Made by a program: the position numbers and the translations under genes. A stretch of 64,000 nucleotides of DNA from Desulfatiglandales bacterium (GTDB taxonomy: Bacteria > Desulfobacterota > DSM-4660 > Desulfatiglandales > Desulfatiglandaceae): NCBI GenBank assembly GCA_963666345.1, contig OY762721.1, positions 4,064,001-4,128,000 of the forward strand, given 5' to 3'. This document shows positions 41,091 to 52,085 of this stretch, one piece after another. The notes under the pieces were generated by a model. It saw only the letters and a list, made by a program, of their open reading frames with translations, did not search any database and was not told where the DNA came from. The first letter of the stretch is position 1. The number at the start of each line of letters is the position of its first letter.

Positions 41091-42473
41091 ATGAGACATG
41101 AAGTGATTAATCTGGCAAAGGATGAAATGCCTAGACAATGGTACAATATCCTGGCGGACATAAAAGTAAATACGGCCCTTGGCCCGGACGGCAAGCCACT
41201 GAAGCCGGAAGACCTGGCACCTGTCTTTCCGATGAACCTCATAGAACAAGAAGTAAGCACGGAGCGGTGGATCGATATCCCTGATGAGGTAATGGATGTC
41301 CTGAACATATGGAGACCTTCACCTCTGATCAGGGCGCATTCTCTTGAAAGAGCCCTGGGTACCCCGGCAAAGATATATTTCAAAAATGAATCTGTGAGCC
41401 CTCCAGGAAGCCATAAGGCCAATACCGCCGTGCCTCAGGCATATTACAACAAGGAATTCGGGATAAAGAAGCTTACTACCGAGACCGGAGCGGGGCAGTG
41501 GGGAAGCGCGCTGTCCTTCGCATGCTCCCAGTTCGGTCTTGAATGCAAGGTTTTCATGGTCAGAGTAAGCTTTGAGCAGAAGCCATACAGGCGCACCATG
41601 ATGCAGGCATGGGGAGGCAACTGCGTGGCAAGCCCCAGCAGAGAAACCCAGGCAGGAAGAGATGCACTTGAAAAAGATCCTGATACTCCCGGAAGTCTGG
41701 GAATGGCAATAAGTGAGGCGATCGAGGAGGCGGTAGGAGACGTAAGCGGTAAGACGCGTTATTCACTCGGTAGCGTCCTAAATCACGTAATGCTTCACCA
41801 GAGTATAATCGGACTTGAGACAAAGAAGCAATTTGAAAAAATAGGCGAATATCCTGATATAATAATAGGTTGCGCAGGTGGCGGAAGCAATTTCGCGGGT
41901 CTGGCGTTTCCCTTTGCCTATGATAAAATGAGCGGCCGGGAAATAGAGATCATGCCCGTGGAACCCAATGCGTGTCCAACCATGACCAGGGGGCCCTATG
42001 TCTACGATTTCTGCGATTCCGCCGAATATACGCCTTTGCTTCCGATGTACAGCCTTGGGCACGACTTTGTCCCTGCACCGATTCATGCGGGAGGTTTGCG
42101 TTACCACGGTATGTCACCCACGGTAAGTCAGCTCGTGACAGAGGATATAGTCTCCCCCAGGTCTGTTTCTCAAATCGACGCGTACAAGGCGGGGGTCTTA
42201 TTTGCCAGGACAGAGGGTATTATTCCCGCACCTGAGACTACAAATGCCCTGGCATTGGTTGTTGAAGAGGCACAAAAGGCAAAAGAGGAGGGAAGGGAAA
42301 AGGTTATCGTAGCCAGCTTCAGCGGCCACGGCCTGTTGGATCTTGGAAGCTATGAGAGATTTTTCGCCGGTGAAATAATTGACTGTGAAATGCCAGAAGA
42401 AGTTATTACAAACGTAAATGAGTTGCTCAAAGACTATCCGAAACCGGATTTTGTGAGCAGCCTCAGACCATGA
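41091..42473 (+). CDS. trpB2: TrpB2-type tryptophan synthase beta chain (stand-alone)
   Basis: [21 protein letters not shown] (PLP Lys), [32 protein letters not shown]; real start 41091 behind AAGGAGG (the track start at 40932 runs through the leader). Confidence 0.95.
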   Translation: MRHEVINLAKDEMPRQWYNILADIKVNTALGPDGKPLKPEDLAPVFPMNLIEQEVSTERWIDIPDEVMDVLNIWRPSPLIRAHSLERALGTPAKIYFKNESVSPPGSHKANTAVPQAYYNKEFGIKKLTTETGAGQWGSALSFACSQFGLECKVFMVRVSFEQKPYRRTMMQAWGGNCVASPSRETQAGRDALEKDPDTPGSLGMAISEAIEEAVGDVSGKTRYSLGSVLNHVMLHQSIIGLETKKQFEKIGEYPDIIIGCAGGGSNFAGLAFPFAYDKMSGREIEIMPVEPNACPTMTRGPYVYDFCDSAEYTPLLPMYSLGHDFVPAPIHAGGLRYHGMSPTVSQLVTEDIVSPRSVSQIDAYKAGVLFARTEGIIPAPETTNALALVVEEAQKAKEEGREKVIVASFSGHGLLDLGSYERFFAGEIIDCEMPEEVITNVNELLKDYPKPDFVSSLRP

Positions 42474-42767
42474 ATACTGGTGAATCATTCAGGGCTGATC
42501 CACCATTAAGAAGTCATGGGTAGCGTATGGTTCACGGGCTTCATTACTCGCTTCCGGGCGCCTTGCATGCAATATCTCTTTTTGGCGTTCGGGAGCAAAT
42601 GGAAACCCAGGTCAGGGTTGATAGCGTATTTATCCGGCGCTGGATTTCATTCATCCTTGAATATTAAAACCCCTTTGAACCAAAGAGAAAAACGGTTAAG
42701 AAGGATGTCGCTGCGCGGCTTCCGGTTGTCGAAGGTAATCACTACGATCTGTAAGCTTTTGCCCTTA

Positions 42768-43517
42768 CTAGATCTGCACCAGATTTATGCCGCCCCATGT
42801 ACCCATCGCATCATCAAGAATTACAACCCCGCCGATAATAGATGTCATGCCCTGTGCCCATTTGATCGCCTTTTTCATGTCTGTTTGCTCTCTTATCCTG
42901 TTGCACAGGGAGGTGGCGGCCGCATCTGCAACCGTAGCGGAAGTTGAAACAACGCATGCCACATGGGCCGATCCCATGCTCAAGGAATGTCCAACCACCC
43001 CGGATGAGGAACATACTCCTACAGGTGTTTGGGATCCTTTGAACCTCAGCCCGAAGCGCCCACTCAAGGGCGAATCTCCGGCCAAGATGGAGACCGTTAC
43101 CGGCCTTTTCGAACTTATGAATATGTCTCCCCCGTTTTCAACTATTATCTGATCCGAGTATGTTAAAAGGCCGTTTCCGACATATTGGGCAACCGCGCCG
43201 GCAACCGAAGCCATCGGGCCCACGCCGAACTGGCGTCCTGCAGAAATCATTTCATCTACCAGAGGGGGTGAATAATCATTTTTTGTGAAAGGGTAGAGGG
43301 TCGACTCAAAATCAGGATGGTCAATAATGAAGCTTTCTATTTGAAACCTGCATTCAAAAACAAGGTCTCTTGTCTCCTTTGAAAGATCGATGTCGGCGCT
43401 TATCCACAAATCGGTTTCTTTTACCTGCACGGAAAAACAGGAGAGCCCGGTTCCATCTACACTACCCCTGTATTTTCGTTCGGCGAAAGAACCCGTTCCG
43501 GGTGTCTTCTTATTCAT
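42768..43517 (-). CDS. UPF0280 family (ApbE-like) protein
   Basis: ETDL, VGPMASVAGA, VENGGDIF, SSGVVGHSLSMG, ADAAAT..CN. Confidence 0.88.
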   Translation of the reverse strand: MNKKTPGTGSFAERKYRGSVDGTGLSCFSVQVKETDLWISADIDLSKETRDLVFECRFQIESFIIDHPDFESTLYPFTKNDYSPPLVDEMISAGRQFGVGPMASVAGAVAQYVGNGLLTYSDQIIVENGGDIFISSKRPVTVSILAGDSPLSGRFGLRFKGSQTPVGVCSSSGVVGHSLSMGSAHVACVVSTSATVADAAATSLCNRIREQTDMKKAIKWAQGMTSIIGGVVILDDAMGTWGGINLVQI

Positions 43518-45694
43518 GATCTAAGCCGAGCCTTTAATATAGAGTTTCTTTTATGTGTCTTGTCATTGTTGACCGCCATTGAAAGGGCCTTTCTGCTGCC
43601 CACAAGTACAACGAGCCTGCTTGCCCTGGTGATTGCCGTGTAGATCAGATTTCGCTGGAGAAGCATATAATGTTGAGGCATCAAGGGTATTATAACGGCG
43701 GGATACTCGGATCCCTGAGATTTATGGACCGAAACGGCATATGCGAGCATTATTTCATCCAGCTCCGAAAAATAATAAGACACCTCACGCCCGTCAAAGG
43801 CAATGATTACAAACTGTTGGTCGTTTTCTATCCTTGATATCGTTCCGATATCTCCGTTAAAAACCTCTTTCTCATAATTGTTTTTTACCTGAAGGACCTT
43901 GTCCCCAACCTTATAGCTTCTGTTTCCTCTTGATAAGATCCCGTTCCCTTTATTCAAAACATCCTGAAGTTTTTTGTTGAGATTATCAGTGCCTGTGATT
44001 CCTTTATGCATCGGACTGATTACCTGAACATCCCTTACCGGGTCTAATCCGAATCGCCTGGGAATGCGTTCTGTGACAAGTGAAATGATAATCCTCAAGA
44101 CCTCCTGGGCATCTTCCTGTTCGATAAAATAGAAATCATTTTCCCTGCTTTCGGTGTCTTTGGTCAAAGGAAGCATCCCGGACTTTATCCTGTGGGCATT
44201 CACGATTATCCTGCTCTGCCTTGCCTGTCGAAAAATCTCGTTCAGCTCTATTACCGGCACTGTTTTCGAATCAATAATATCTTTCAGAACCGTACCTGCT
44301 CCTACCGAAGGAAGTTGATTTACGTCTCCCACCAGTACGATAGTGGCACCATTAGGTACGGCAACAAGCAGTTGGTGCATCAGGACGATGTCTATCATTG
44401 AGGCCTCATCTATTATCAATAAATCACATTCCAGAGGTCTTCCAGCATGTCTTTGAAAACCTCCTTTACGCATGCTGTATTCAAGCATCCTGTGGATGGT
44501 TTTTGCCTCACGCCTGGTGGCCTCGCTCATCCTTTTGGCCGCGCGCCCGGTAGGCGCGGCCAAAAGAGTCTTTGAACCGAACCTGTCGAAAATATCTATT
44601 ATCGCTTTGATGATCGTGGTTTTTCCTGTTCCGGGGCCTCCGGTTATCACGGTCACATTGTTTAACAAGGTGTGTCTTACCGCAAGGAGTTGATTCCGAG
44701 CAAGGTTTATCGACACCTGACCCTGTGCCAGGATTTTCGCTTTTTCATCCGATATCTTATCTGTACGTCTTTGAAATCCGTTAAGTGCCTTTATCCGCTC
44801 TGCAACCCCGTTTTCAGAAGAGAAAAGCCATGAAAGATAAACAGCCTTGCTGTTTTCGTCATATGCCTCCAGGTTTTCATCCAGATCCTCAAGATATATG
44901 TCTTCACGTCCGGCCAAAGTTGATATCGCATGGACGATGATTTCCCGATCCACGCAAAGGATCTTGCGGCACTTTTCTATCAGCCGTTCATATGGGGAAA
45001 ATACGTGTCCATCATCGGCGAATTTGCGCAGCACGAAGAGAACCCCCGCTTCTATTCTCAACTTGGAATCTTTTGAAAATCCGAGCTTTTCCGCGATACT
45101 GTCCGCAACCAAAAAACCGATACCGAAGATATCGGACGCAAGCCTATACGGGTTGCTTCTAACCACTTCAATCGCCTTTTTCCCATATTGTCTAAAAATC
45201 TTTGCGGCATATCCCGAACTCACACCATGCCCCTGAAGAAAGAGCATTACCTCCCGTATCTCTTTCTGTTCCTCCCATGCATCTTTGATCATGCTGATCC
45301 GCTTGTTGCCGATTCCCTCAACCTCAACAAGCCTTTCAACCCTTTTTTCGATAATGTCAAAGGTGTCGATGCCGAATTGCCCTACGATTTTTTCAGCCAT
45401 GACAGGACCGATTCCTTTTATAAGGCCTGATCCGAGGTATTTCTTTATGCCCTGAACGGAAACCGGTACATGGCCTTCGTAGTGATCCATTTTGAACTGT
45501 CTGCCGAATCTGGGGTGGGTTACCCACTGCCCTGTCATCTTTATGATTTCACCCGGGGCAGGGGCAAACATCTTCCCGACTACGGTCACTCTGGTCAATT
45601 CTCCTCTTACGTTTACCTTTGCTATGGTAAAACCGTCTTCTTCGCTTCTGAAGGAGATTTTTTCTATCTGGCCTTCCAGTTCGATATCCATCAA
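43514..45694 (-). CDS. recD2: ATP-dependent RecD2-like helicase
   Basis: YLGSGLIKGIGP HhH, GGPGTGKT, APTGRAAKR, DEASM, GDVNQLPSVG, HKSQGSEY, YTAITRA. Confidence 0.95.
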   Translation of the reverse strand: MMDIELEGQIEKISFRSEEDGFTIAKVNVRGELTRVTVVGKMFAPAPGEIIKMTGQWVTHPRFGRQFKMDHYEGHVPVSVQGIKKYLGSGLIKGIGPVMAEKIVGQFGIDTFDIIEKRVERLVEVEGIGNKRISMIKDAWEEQKEIREVMLFLQGHGVSSGYAAKIFRQYGKKAIEVVRSNPYRLASDIFGIGFLVADSIAEKLGFSKDSKLRIEAGVLFVLRKFADDGHVFSPYERLIEKCRKILCVDREIIVHAISTLAGREDIYLEDLDENLEAYDENSKAVYLSWLFSSENGVAERIKALNGFQRRTDKISDEKAKILAQGQVSINLARNQLLAVRHTLLNNVTVITGGPGTGKTTIIKAIIDIFDRFGSKTLLAAPTGRAAKRMSEATRREAKTIHRMLEYSMRKGGFQRHAGRPLECDLLIIDEASMIDIVLMHQLLVAVPNGATIVLVGDVNQLPSVGAGTVLKDIIDSKTVPVIELNEIFRQARQSRIIVNAHRIKSGMLPLTKDTESRENDFYFIEQEDAQEVLRIIISLVTERIPRRFGLDPVRDVQVISPMHKGITGTDNLNKKLQDVLNKGNGILSRGNRSYKVGDKVLQVKNNYEKEVFNGDIGTISRIENDQQFVIIAFDGREVSYYFSELDEIMLAYAVSVHKSQGSEYPAVIIPLMPQHYMLLQRNLIYTAITRASRLVVLVGSRKALSMAVNNDKTHKRNSILKARLRS

Positions 45695-46117
45695 CTATCT
45701 CTGCTTTTTTATCCAGGTCGGTACTTTGATTTGGTCGTCAGGATCAAGATGTTTCAGGTATGGCTTTATATCCACGACCGGGGTCGAATCAAACGCATCA
45801 ATATCTTCTATATAAACCAGGTTGCCTTCAACAGAAAGGATTTTACAGGTAGAAATGGCTATCGGGTTCGGTCTGCGCGCAGAACGCGTTGCAAATACCC
45901 CGGAAAGAGGATTGTCAGGGTTCCCTCTCGGGTGAACCCTGAGGACGCGCCTGTCTTCAGGCTTATCCCTTTTATTGAACCAGAAAAAGATTAATATGTG
46001 GGAAAAATCCTCCAGCTTCAGAAGGCCGTCTCTGTAGCAATCATAAATCTCCACAAAAACCGAATTTTTGTCTTTTCTGATCATGCCGATCGGAAAAATT
46101 TCAAATGATTTGTACAT
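45695..46117 (-). CDS. tsaA: tRNA m6t6A37 methyltransferase TrmO/TsaA
   Basis: GVFATRS.RRPNPI, DAFDSTPVVDIKPY. Confidence 0.9.
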   Translation of the reverse strand: MYKSFEIFPIGMIRKDKNSVFVEIYDCYRDGLLKLEDFSHILIFFWFNKRDKPEDRRVLRVHPRGNPDNPLSGVFATRSARRPNPIAISTCKILSVEGNLVYIEDIDAFDSTPVVDIKPYLKHLDPDDQIKVPTWIKKQR

Positions 46118-46530
46118 AGGTCACCTGAGACTGTCTTTTATTATCATAAAAGTCGTGCTTAGCCGGGTTGGGTTGAAAAAATGCAGGGTTGTAAAATGCT
46201 GCCGTGCTTTAGGGATTACAATAAGTCTTCCATGTCTGCCTGGGTCCTTTCGGCTGGAAGCCCTTATTCGTCAGTACAGTAAGCCATCTTTATCTTTCCT
46301 TATACACTCACCTTTTATCTTTGACAACACCATCAGAAGCTGTTTCAAGCGGAAACCGAAAACAATTTGGGCACTATCAGTCTTGAATTAATATCTCAGA
46401 CCGGAACTTGACACCTGCAGGATAGTGTCTATACAAGGTTCCGGGAAGCGAGGACTAAAAGGCATTGCCTGCGGCGGTGAACCGGGCTAAATCGTTTGAA
46501 GGCCTTTGATGGCGCGCCTGGTATTATGGC

Positions 46531-46558
46531 TTGTCTTTTTTTTACATACTGGTATACT
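46531..46558 (+). promoter_or_regulatory. Putative promoter of the metallophosphoesterase-HIT-lapA operon
   Basis: TTGTCT-N16-TATACT with extended -10 TG. Confidence 0.55.
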
Positions 46559-46598
46559 CCAGAGGCTGGATCATAAGGTGGAGAAGTAAGGATTTTTT

Positions 46599-47081
46599 AT
46601 GACGATAACCGTAGGCGTTCTTTCAGATACACATCTCAGGACTGTGACCCGGGAGCTTGTTGATATTTACGACCGGTACCTTTCAGACAAGGATCTTGTG
46701 CTTCACTGCGGTGATGTCGTGTCAAAAGAAATACTGGACATGTTGGGCCGGAAGGATTTCCATGGCGTTTGCGGAAACATGGACACTCCTGAAGTAAGGG
46801 AGCTCCTTCCTGAAAAAAGAACACTGCGGATAGGAAACTTTAATTTGGGGCTCATTCACGGCTACGGTTCGCCTGACGGGTTAGAGGACCGTATAAAAGG
46901 AGAGTTCGGCAAGGTGGATATTATAGTTTACGGTCACTCCCACAATGCCTCCAATCATGTCAGGGAAGGGGTCCTGTTTTTTAATCCCGGATCTGCAACC
47001 GGTTATAGCCGTTCAGGCAGAAACAGTATCGGTGTCCTGGAAATAGGAACCTCTGTCGATGGTCGCATTATAGAAATATGA
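46599..47081 (+). CDS. YfcE/MJ0936 family metallophosphoesterase
   Basis: SDTH, HCGD, GNMD, IHG, GHSH, FNPGS. Confidence 0.92.
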   Translation: MTITVGVLSDTHLRTVTRELVDIYDRYLSDKDLVLHCGDVVSKEILDMLGRKDFHGVCGNMDTPEVRELLPEKRTLRIGNFNLGLIHGYGSPDGLEDRIKGEFGKVDIIVYGHSHNASNHVREGVLFFNPGSATGYSRSGRNSIGVLEIGTSVDGRIIEI

Positions 47082-47089
47082 GGTGTCGG

Positions 47090-47599
47090 ATGAAGCCGAT
47101 GTGGGCACCCTGGAGGATGGAATATATATTGTCAGAGGGCGGGAAAGAAGAGTGCATCTTTTGTCCCGGGCCTGACCGCGGAAGGGATGAATCGCGCCTG
47201 ATTCTTCATGTCGGTTCCCTTTCCATGGTCATGATGAATCGTTTTCCCTATATAAACGGGCATATACTGGTGGCCCCGCTTAGACATATTTCAAGCCTTG
47301 AAAAACTGACCCCTGAAGAGACTCTGGATCTCCTATCCACCGTCAGTAGATGTACCGCTATACTGAGAAAGACAATGGGTCCCGATGGTTTCAATGTGGG
47401 ACTTAACCTGGGTAAAGTGGCGGGTGCCGGGGTTGATGATCATATACATTTTCACATCGTACCCCGATGGGGGGGGGATACCAACTTTATGACCGTTTTC
47501 GGGGAGGTGAGAGTTATCCCTGAACACATTGAAGAGACATACAGAAGATTAAGACCCTTTTTCCCCGGGTCTGGTGATGATAATGGAGGTGATAAATGA
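47090..47599 (+). CDS. HIT family hydrolase
   Basis: WAPWRMEYI, CIFC, NRFPY..GH, HIHFHIVPRW. Confidence 0.93.
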   Translation: MKPMWAPWRMEYILSEGGKEECIFCPGPDRGRDESRLILHVGSLSMVMMNRFPYINGHILVAPLRHISSLEKLTPEETLDLLSTVSRCTAILRKTMGPDGFNVGLNLGKVAGAGVDDHIHFHIVPRWGGDTNFMTVFGEVRVIPEHIEETYRRLRPFFPGSGDDNGGDK

Positions 47600-47940
47600 A
47601 ACACGTAAAGGCCATTTTTGTAATCCTATTTGTTTTGCTTATTATAATTATCGCAGTGCAGAATTATGAGGCTTTTTCAACCACCGTAAAATTTAAGGTG
47701 GATCTTGTCTTTTCCAGTTACGAATCCAGTGAAATGTCTCTCTATTTTGTAGCTGTGATAACCTTCCTTCTTGGAGTCCTGTTTGCCGGATTTTATGGCA
47801 TAGCCGAACGCTTTAGACTGAAGAATCAGATAAAAAATCTCATGAAAGATGCAAAGGGAAAGGAAGAGGAACTGAACTCGCTCAGAAATCTGCCCTTGAC
47901 GGGAGAAGACTTGGGGCCTGAAAAGGAATCTGAAGCATAG
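47596..47940 (+). CDS. lapA: LapA-family membrane protein
   Basis: TM helix-AVQN-TM helix-coiled coil (EELNSLRNLP); upstream of lapB. Confidence 0.75.
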   Translation: MKHVKAIFVILFVLLIIIIAVQNYEAFSTTVKFKVDLVFSSYESSEMSLYFVAVITFLLGVLFAGFYGIAERFRLKNQIKNLMKDAKGKEEELNSLRNLPLTGEDLGPEKESEA

Positions 47941-48173
47941 ACTAAAAGTCCCTCAGGGACAAAACCGCCTTTTAAATCGTATTGCCTTTCATTTATTCAG
48001 AAATATGTGTTCCTGTGCGCCTTTTCCGGGCCCTGTATAAATTATCTCAAAAAACGGCCTTGCATGGAATTTTGTTGATCCGCACGGTCTGGAGCAAATA
48101 ACTTTTTTGGTAAATCCAGGCTGAGTAACGGTATAGTAAGTGTTGATTCATCAATTAGTCGAGGGATGGTAAG

Positions 48174-49436
48174 ATGTTCGAATCTGTGTGGGAGTGGATT
48201 GTTTCACCTGAAAATCTACGGCTACTTTTGGGGGTATCAATCGCCTTTACCGCAGGCCTTCTAATCAGCGGATGGTCCAAAAGGGCTACTGATAAATCAT
48301 CTGCAAGCAAGGGGGATGAGGCCTTTTTCAAAGGTATTCAGTATATCCTGTCCAATGACCACGACCATGCGATAGAGGAATTTACTAAATCGGTAAAAGT
48401 CAATTCAGATACCGTCGAAACCTACGTTGCCCTTGGAAATCTTTATAGATCAAAAGGAGATATCGACAGGGCTATCAGGATTCGCCAGAATCTGATATTA
48501 AGACCCCAGATTGATGAAAGGATAAGGATTCAAGCCTTATTTGATTTGGGCCTCGATTATCGTACCGGAGGATTCCTCAACAGGGCCCTTGGAATGTTTC
48601 TCAAGGTAATTCAGAAAGACCCTGCCAATGTCGAAGCCCTTGAGAGGGCCGAGAGAATTTATGAGGAGATGGAGGACTGGAATAACGCCTATCGTGTGAG
48701 ACACAGGATTTCACGTTTGACAAGAGAAGACCACAGAAACAGGCTGGCCCATCATCTTGTTGAACTTGGGAAGGGGTCCGCTGAAAAGGGAGATACGGGC
48801 AAGGCCGTATCGCTCTATAACAAGGCCATTTCCACGGACAAAAACTGTGTGGATGCCTATCTGCATTTAGGAGATGTATACCTGGAGCGGGGAGATCATA
48901 AAAAGGCCCTTTCAGCGTGGAAAAAGATCGTGCATGTGGCCCCGCGCTTTACATTCCTTGCCTATCGCAGGCTTGAAGCTTCTTATGCCACTATCAAAGA
49001 TCTGAAACCTGTGGAGGATTTTCTGAAGGAATGCAGCAGTTCCAATCCTGATGCATTTACTCACATGGCAATGGCCAGGTATCTTTACAATGAAAATGAT
49101 ACTGAAGGCAGCTTAAGGGAGCTTGACGATGCCCTTGAACTTAATCCGGATTTCTGGGAGGCAAGACGTTTCAGGGGGCAGATCCTCCTGGAGAAGGACC
49201 GCGAAGCCGAGGCCCTTGAGGACTACGAAGAACTGATCGAACACCTTACAATACCTTATCTGCGCTTTCAATGTTCCGAGTGCGGTTTTCAGGCCAATGA
49301 ATTGGTGTGGCAGTGTCCTCAATGCAAGAATTGGGACACCATAAACCTGAAAGAGTTGAAGGCACAGCTTCCAAAGACCCCTGACGCAACCGATACAGCC
49401 TTGCCAGATATAAAGCCTGCCGTTCCGGAGCATTAA
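48174..49436 (+). CDS. lapB: LapB-like TPR protein with C-terminal rubredoxin Zn site
   Basis: N-terminal TM; ALGNLYRSKGDIDRAIRIRQ, TPRs, CSECGF..WQCPQCKNW. Confidence 0.88.
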   Translation: MFESVWEWIVSPENLRLLLGVSIAFTAGLLISGWSKRATDKSSASKGDEAFFKGIQYILSNDHDHAIEEFTKSVKVNSDTVETYVALGNLYRSKGDIDRAIRIRQNLILRPQIDERIRIQALFDLGLDYRTGGFLNRALGMFLKVIQKDPANVEALERAERIYEEMEDWNNAYRVRHRISRLTREDHRNRLAHHLVELGKGSAEKGDTGKAVSLYNKAISTDKNCVDAYLHLGDVYLERGDHKKALSAWKKIVHVAPRFTFLAYRRLEASYATIKDLKPVEDFLKECSSSNPDAFTHMAMARYLYNENDTEGSLRELDDALELNPDFWEARRFRGQILLEKDREAEALEDYEELIEHLTIPYLRFQCSECGFQANELVWQCPQCKNWDTINLKELKAQLPKTPDATDTALPDIKPAVPEH

Positions 49437-49437
49437 C

Positions 49438-52035
49438 ATGACCAAGATGACACCAATGTTGAGACAGTATCTGGGGATAAAGGGACAATACCCCGATGCC
49501 ATACTCTTTTTCAGAATGGGTGATTTCTACGAGATGTTTTTTGAAGACGCCTCTGTCGCCTCCCGCATTTTGGGGATTACATTAACCTCCAGAGGCACAT
49601 ATGAGGGTAAAAAGGTCCCCATGTGCGGAATTCCGCACCATGCCTCAAGATCTTATCTCTACAAGATGGTGAAAAGCGGTCACAAGGTAGCCATATGTGA
49701 ACAGGTTGAGGATCCCGGTATAAGTAAAGGGATAGTAAAAAGAGGGGTTGTCAGGCTGGTGACGCCCGGATCAATTGTGGATGAAGGTGGAGTTGATGAA
49801 AACAGCAACCTTTATATGGCCGCAATTGCTGAAGAAAAAAACAATTATGGCCTGGCTCATGTGGATCTGTCAACAGGCGAATTTCGGGTTACAGAGGTCG
49901 AATCACTTGAAGAGCTTCTTGATGAGCTTGGTAGAATAGGGCCTGCAGAGCTTCTTATTGAGGAGGGACATCCCCTCCTGTCGGTCAAAGGCCTCTCAAA
50001 TTACAACCTGGAGCATGAGAAAAGTGATCTTTTCAGCCTTGGGATTGCGAAACCTATCCTCAAAGAACAGCTGGGGGTCAATTCCCTGGCCGGGTTCGGT
50101 TGTGAAGAAATGACTCAAGGCGTGATTGCTGCGGGTGTTCTGGCACATTATCTGAGAGAAACTCAAAAGGGGAAACCGCAACATGTAAAGGACCTGGTAA
50201 GCTACCGTATAGGTGATTTCATGTTCCTTGACGAGGCAACCTGTTCTCACCTGGAACTTCATAAGACCATGAGGAGACAGTCTTCAAAGGGGTCCCTTTT
50301 CCAGATAATGGATAAGACCGTTACACCCATGGGCGGCAGGTTGCTGAAAAAGTGGATAGTCTATCCGCTGATCAACCTTGGGGACATCCGCAATCGCCTG
50401 GCAGCGGTTGACTGCATAAAAAAAGATCCAATGATGAGACACCGGATGAGGAGCACTCTGGGAGAGATTTATGATCTGGAGCGGCTCAACGGCAGAATCG
50501 CCCTTGGCAGGGCAAACGCCAGAGACATGCTGGCTCTGAGGGATTCGTTGCTGAAACTGCCGGAGATTAAGGAAACCCTCAAGGGTTCGCCCAGCACCCT
50601 TTTATCCGAAATTTCATCGCATCTTGATACGCTCCAGGATGTTGCCGAACTGATCCTCAATTCCATCCATGAAGATCCTCCTGTTTCCTTAAGGGATGGC
50701 CGAATCATAAAAGAGGGTTACAATCGAGATCTGGACAGACTCATATCCCTTTGCAGAGACGGCAAGAGTTGGATTTCTTCATTTGCCGAGCAGGAGAAGC
50801 GAAGGACCGGCATTTCCAGCCTGAAGATAGGCTATAATAAGGTATTCGGTTATTATATAGAAATTTCCAAGACGAATCTCCATCTTGCTCCCACCGGTTA
50901 CATAAGAAAACAAACCCTCGTAAACGGGGAAAGATACATTACCGAGGACCTAAAGAAAAAGGAAGAGGAAGTCCTGGGAGCGGAAGAAAAAAGGGTCGCG
51001 CTTGAGTATGAGCTCTTCGATTCCATTAGAAGAGATGTGGCGAGCAATAACCTTCGCATAAGGCAGAGCGCGGATCTGATTGCAAAAATCGACGTGCTTT
51101 CCGGGCTTGCCGAGATAGCCGAATTAAACAATTACGTCCGGCCGGAAGTCAACGAAGACTCTGAGATCTTTATAGAGGAAGGACGTCATCCCGTTATCGA
51201 GCTAAGCGTGAAGGAAGAGGCGTTTGTGCCCAATGATATAATGCTTGATTCCAGAGAACAGCAGTTAATGATAATTACAGGGCCCAATATGGCGGGAAAA
51301 TCCACTATACTGCGACAGACCGCCCTGACAGTCCTAATGGCGCAGATGGGAAGCTTTGTGCCGGCATCAAGGGCGTCGATAGGTCTGGTAGACAGGATAT
51401 TTACCCGAGTGGGTGCCTCCGATGACCTTGCCAGGGGACAGAGCACCTTTATGGTGGAAATGAATGAAACCGCCAATATCCTTCGCCATTCAACACCCAA
51501 AAGCCTAGTTATATTGGATGAAATCGGAAGGGGCACAAGCACATACGACGGGCTTAGCATTGCCTGGGCGGTTGCTGAGTCTCTCCATGACAGGGACGGC
51601 CTTGGTGTGCGCACCCTTTTTGCAACCCATTATCATGAATTGACGGAGCTGGCCGCAAAAAAACAAAGGATCAAAAATTACAATATCGCTGTCAAGGAAT
51701 GGAACGATAAGATAATTTTTTTAAGGAAGCTTGTGCCGGGTGAGACCAGCAGAAGTTATGGAATTCAGGTCGCCAGGATTGCCGGGTTGCCTGAAGAGGT
51801 CCTTAAGAGGGCAGGGGAGATCCTTGAAGAACTTGAAGATAAAGGGCTTAATGGTGGAGAGATATGGCCTTCATCCAGGATTGCGGGCGAGGATGACGGC
51901 TTACATCAATTGAGTCTTTTCAGGTCCCACGATAATAGGATAAGCGAGTGGATAAGGGGCCTGGAAATCTCTTCAATGACCCCTCTTGAGGCCTTGATGG
52001 AGCTTAACAGGCTTAAGGAATCGATAGATGCTTGA
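49438..52035 (+). CDS. mutS: DNA mismatch repair protein MutS
   Basis: TPMLRQY, FFRMGDFYEMF, GPNMAGKST, STFMVEM, DEIGRGTST, FATHYHEL. Confidence 0.98.
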   Translation: MTKMTPMLRQYLGIKGQYPDAILFFRMGDFYEMFFEDASVASRILGITLTSRGTYEGKKVPMCGIPHHASRSYLYKMVKSGHKVAICEQVEDPGISKGIVKRGVVRLVTPGSIVDEGGVDENSNLYMAAIAEEKNNYGLAHVDLSTGEFRVTEVESLEELLDELGRIGPAELLIEEGHPLLSVKGLSNYNLEHEKSDLFSLGIAKPILKEQLGVNSLAGFGCEEMTQGVIAAGVLAHYLRETQKGKPQHVKDLVSYRIGDFMFLDEATCSHLELHKTMRRQSSKGSLFQIMDKTVTPMGGRLLKKWIVYPLINLGDIRNRLAAVDCIKKDPMMRHRMRSTLGEIYDLERLNGRIALGRANARDMLALRDSLLKLPEIKETLKGSPSTLLSEISSHLDTLQDVAELILNSIHEDPPVSLRDGRIIKEGYNRDLDRLISLCRDGKSWISSFAEQEKRRTGISSLKIGYNKVFGYYIEISKTNLHLAPTGYIRKQTLVNGERYITEDLKKKEEEVLGAEEKRVALEYELFDSIRRDVASNNLRIRQSADLIAKIDVLSGLAEIAELNNYVRPEVNEDSEIFIEEGRHPVIELSVKEEAFVPNDIMLDSREQQLMIITGPNMAGKSTILRQTALTVLMAQMGSFVPASRASIGLVDRIFTRVGASDDLARGQSTFMVEMNETANILRHSTPKSLVILDEIGRGTSTYDGLSIAWAVAESLHDRDGLGVRTLFATHYHELTELAAKKQRIKNYNIAVKEWNDKIIFLRKLVPGETSRSYGIQVARIAGLPEEVLKRAGEILEELEDKGLNGGEIWPSSRIAGEDDGLHQLSLFRSHDNRISEWIRGLEISSMTPLEALMELNRLKESIDA

Positions 52036-52085
52036 ACAGGAATTTCTGCTAATCACCTAACACTACGAAAAGACAAAGATCAAAA

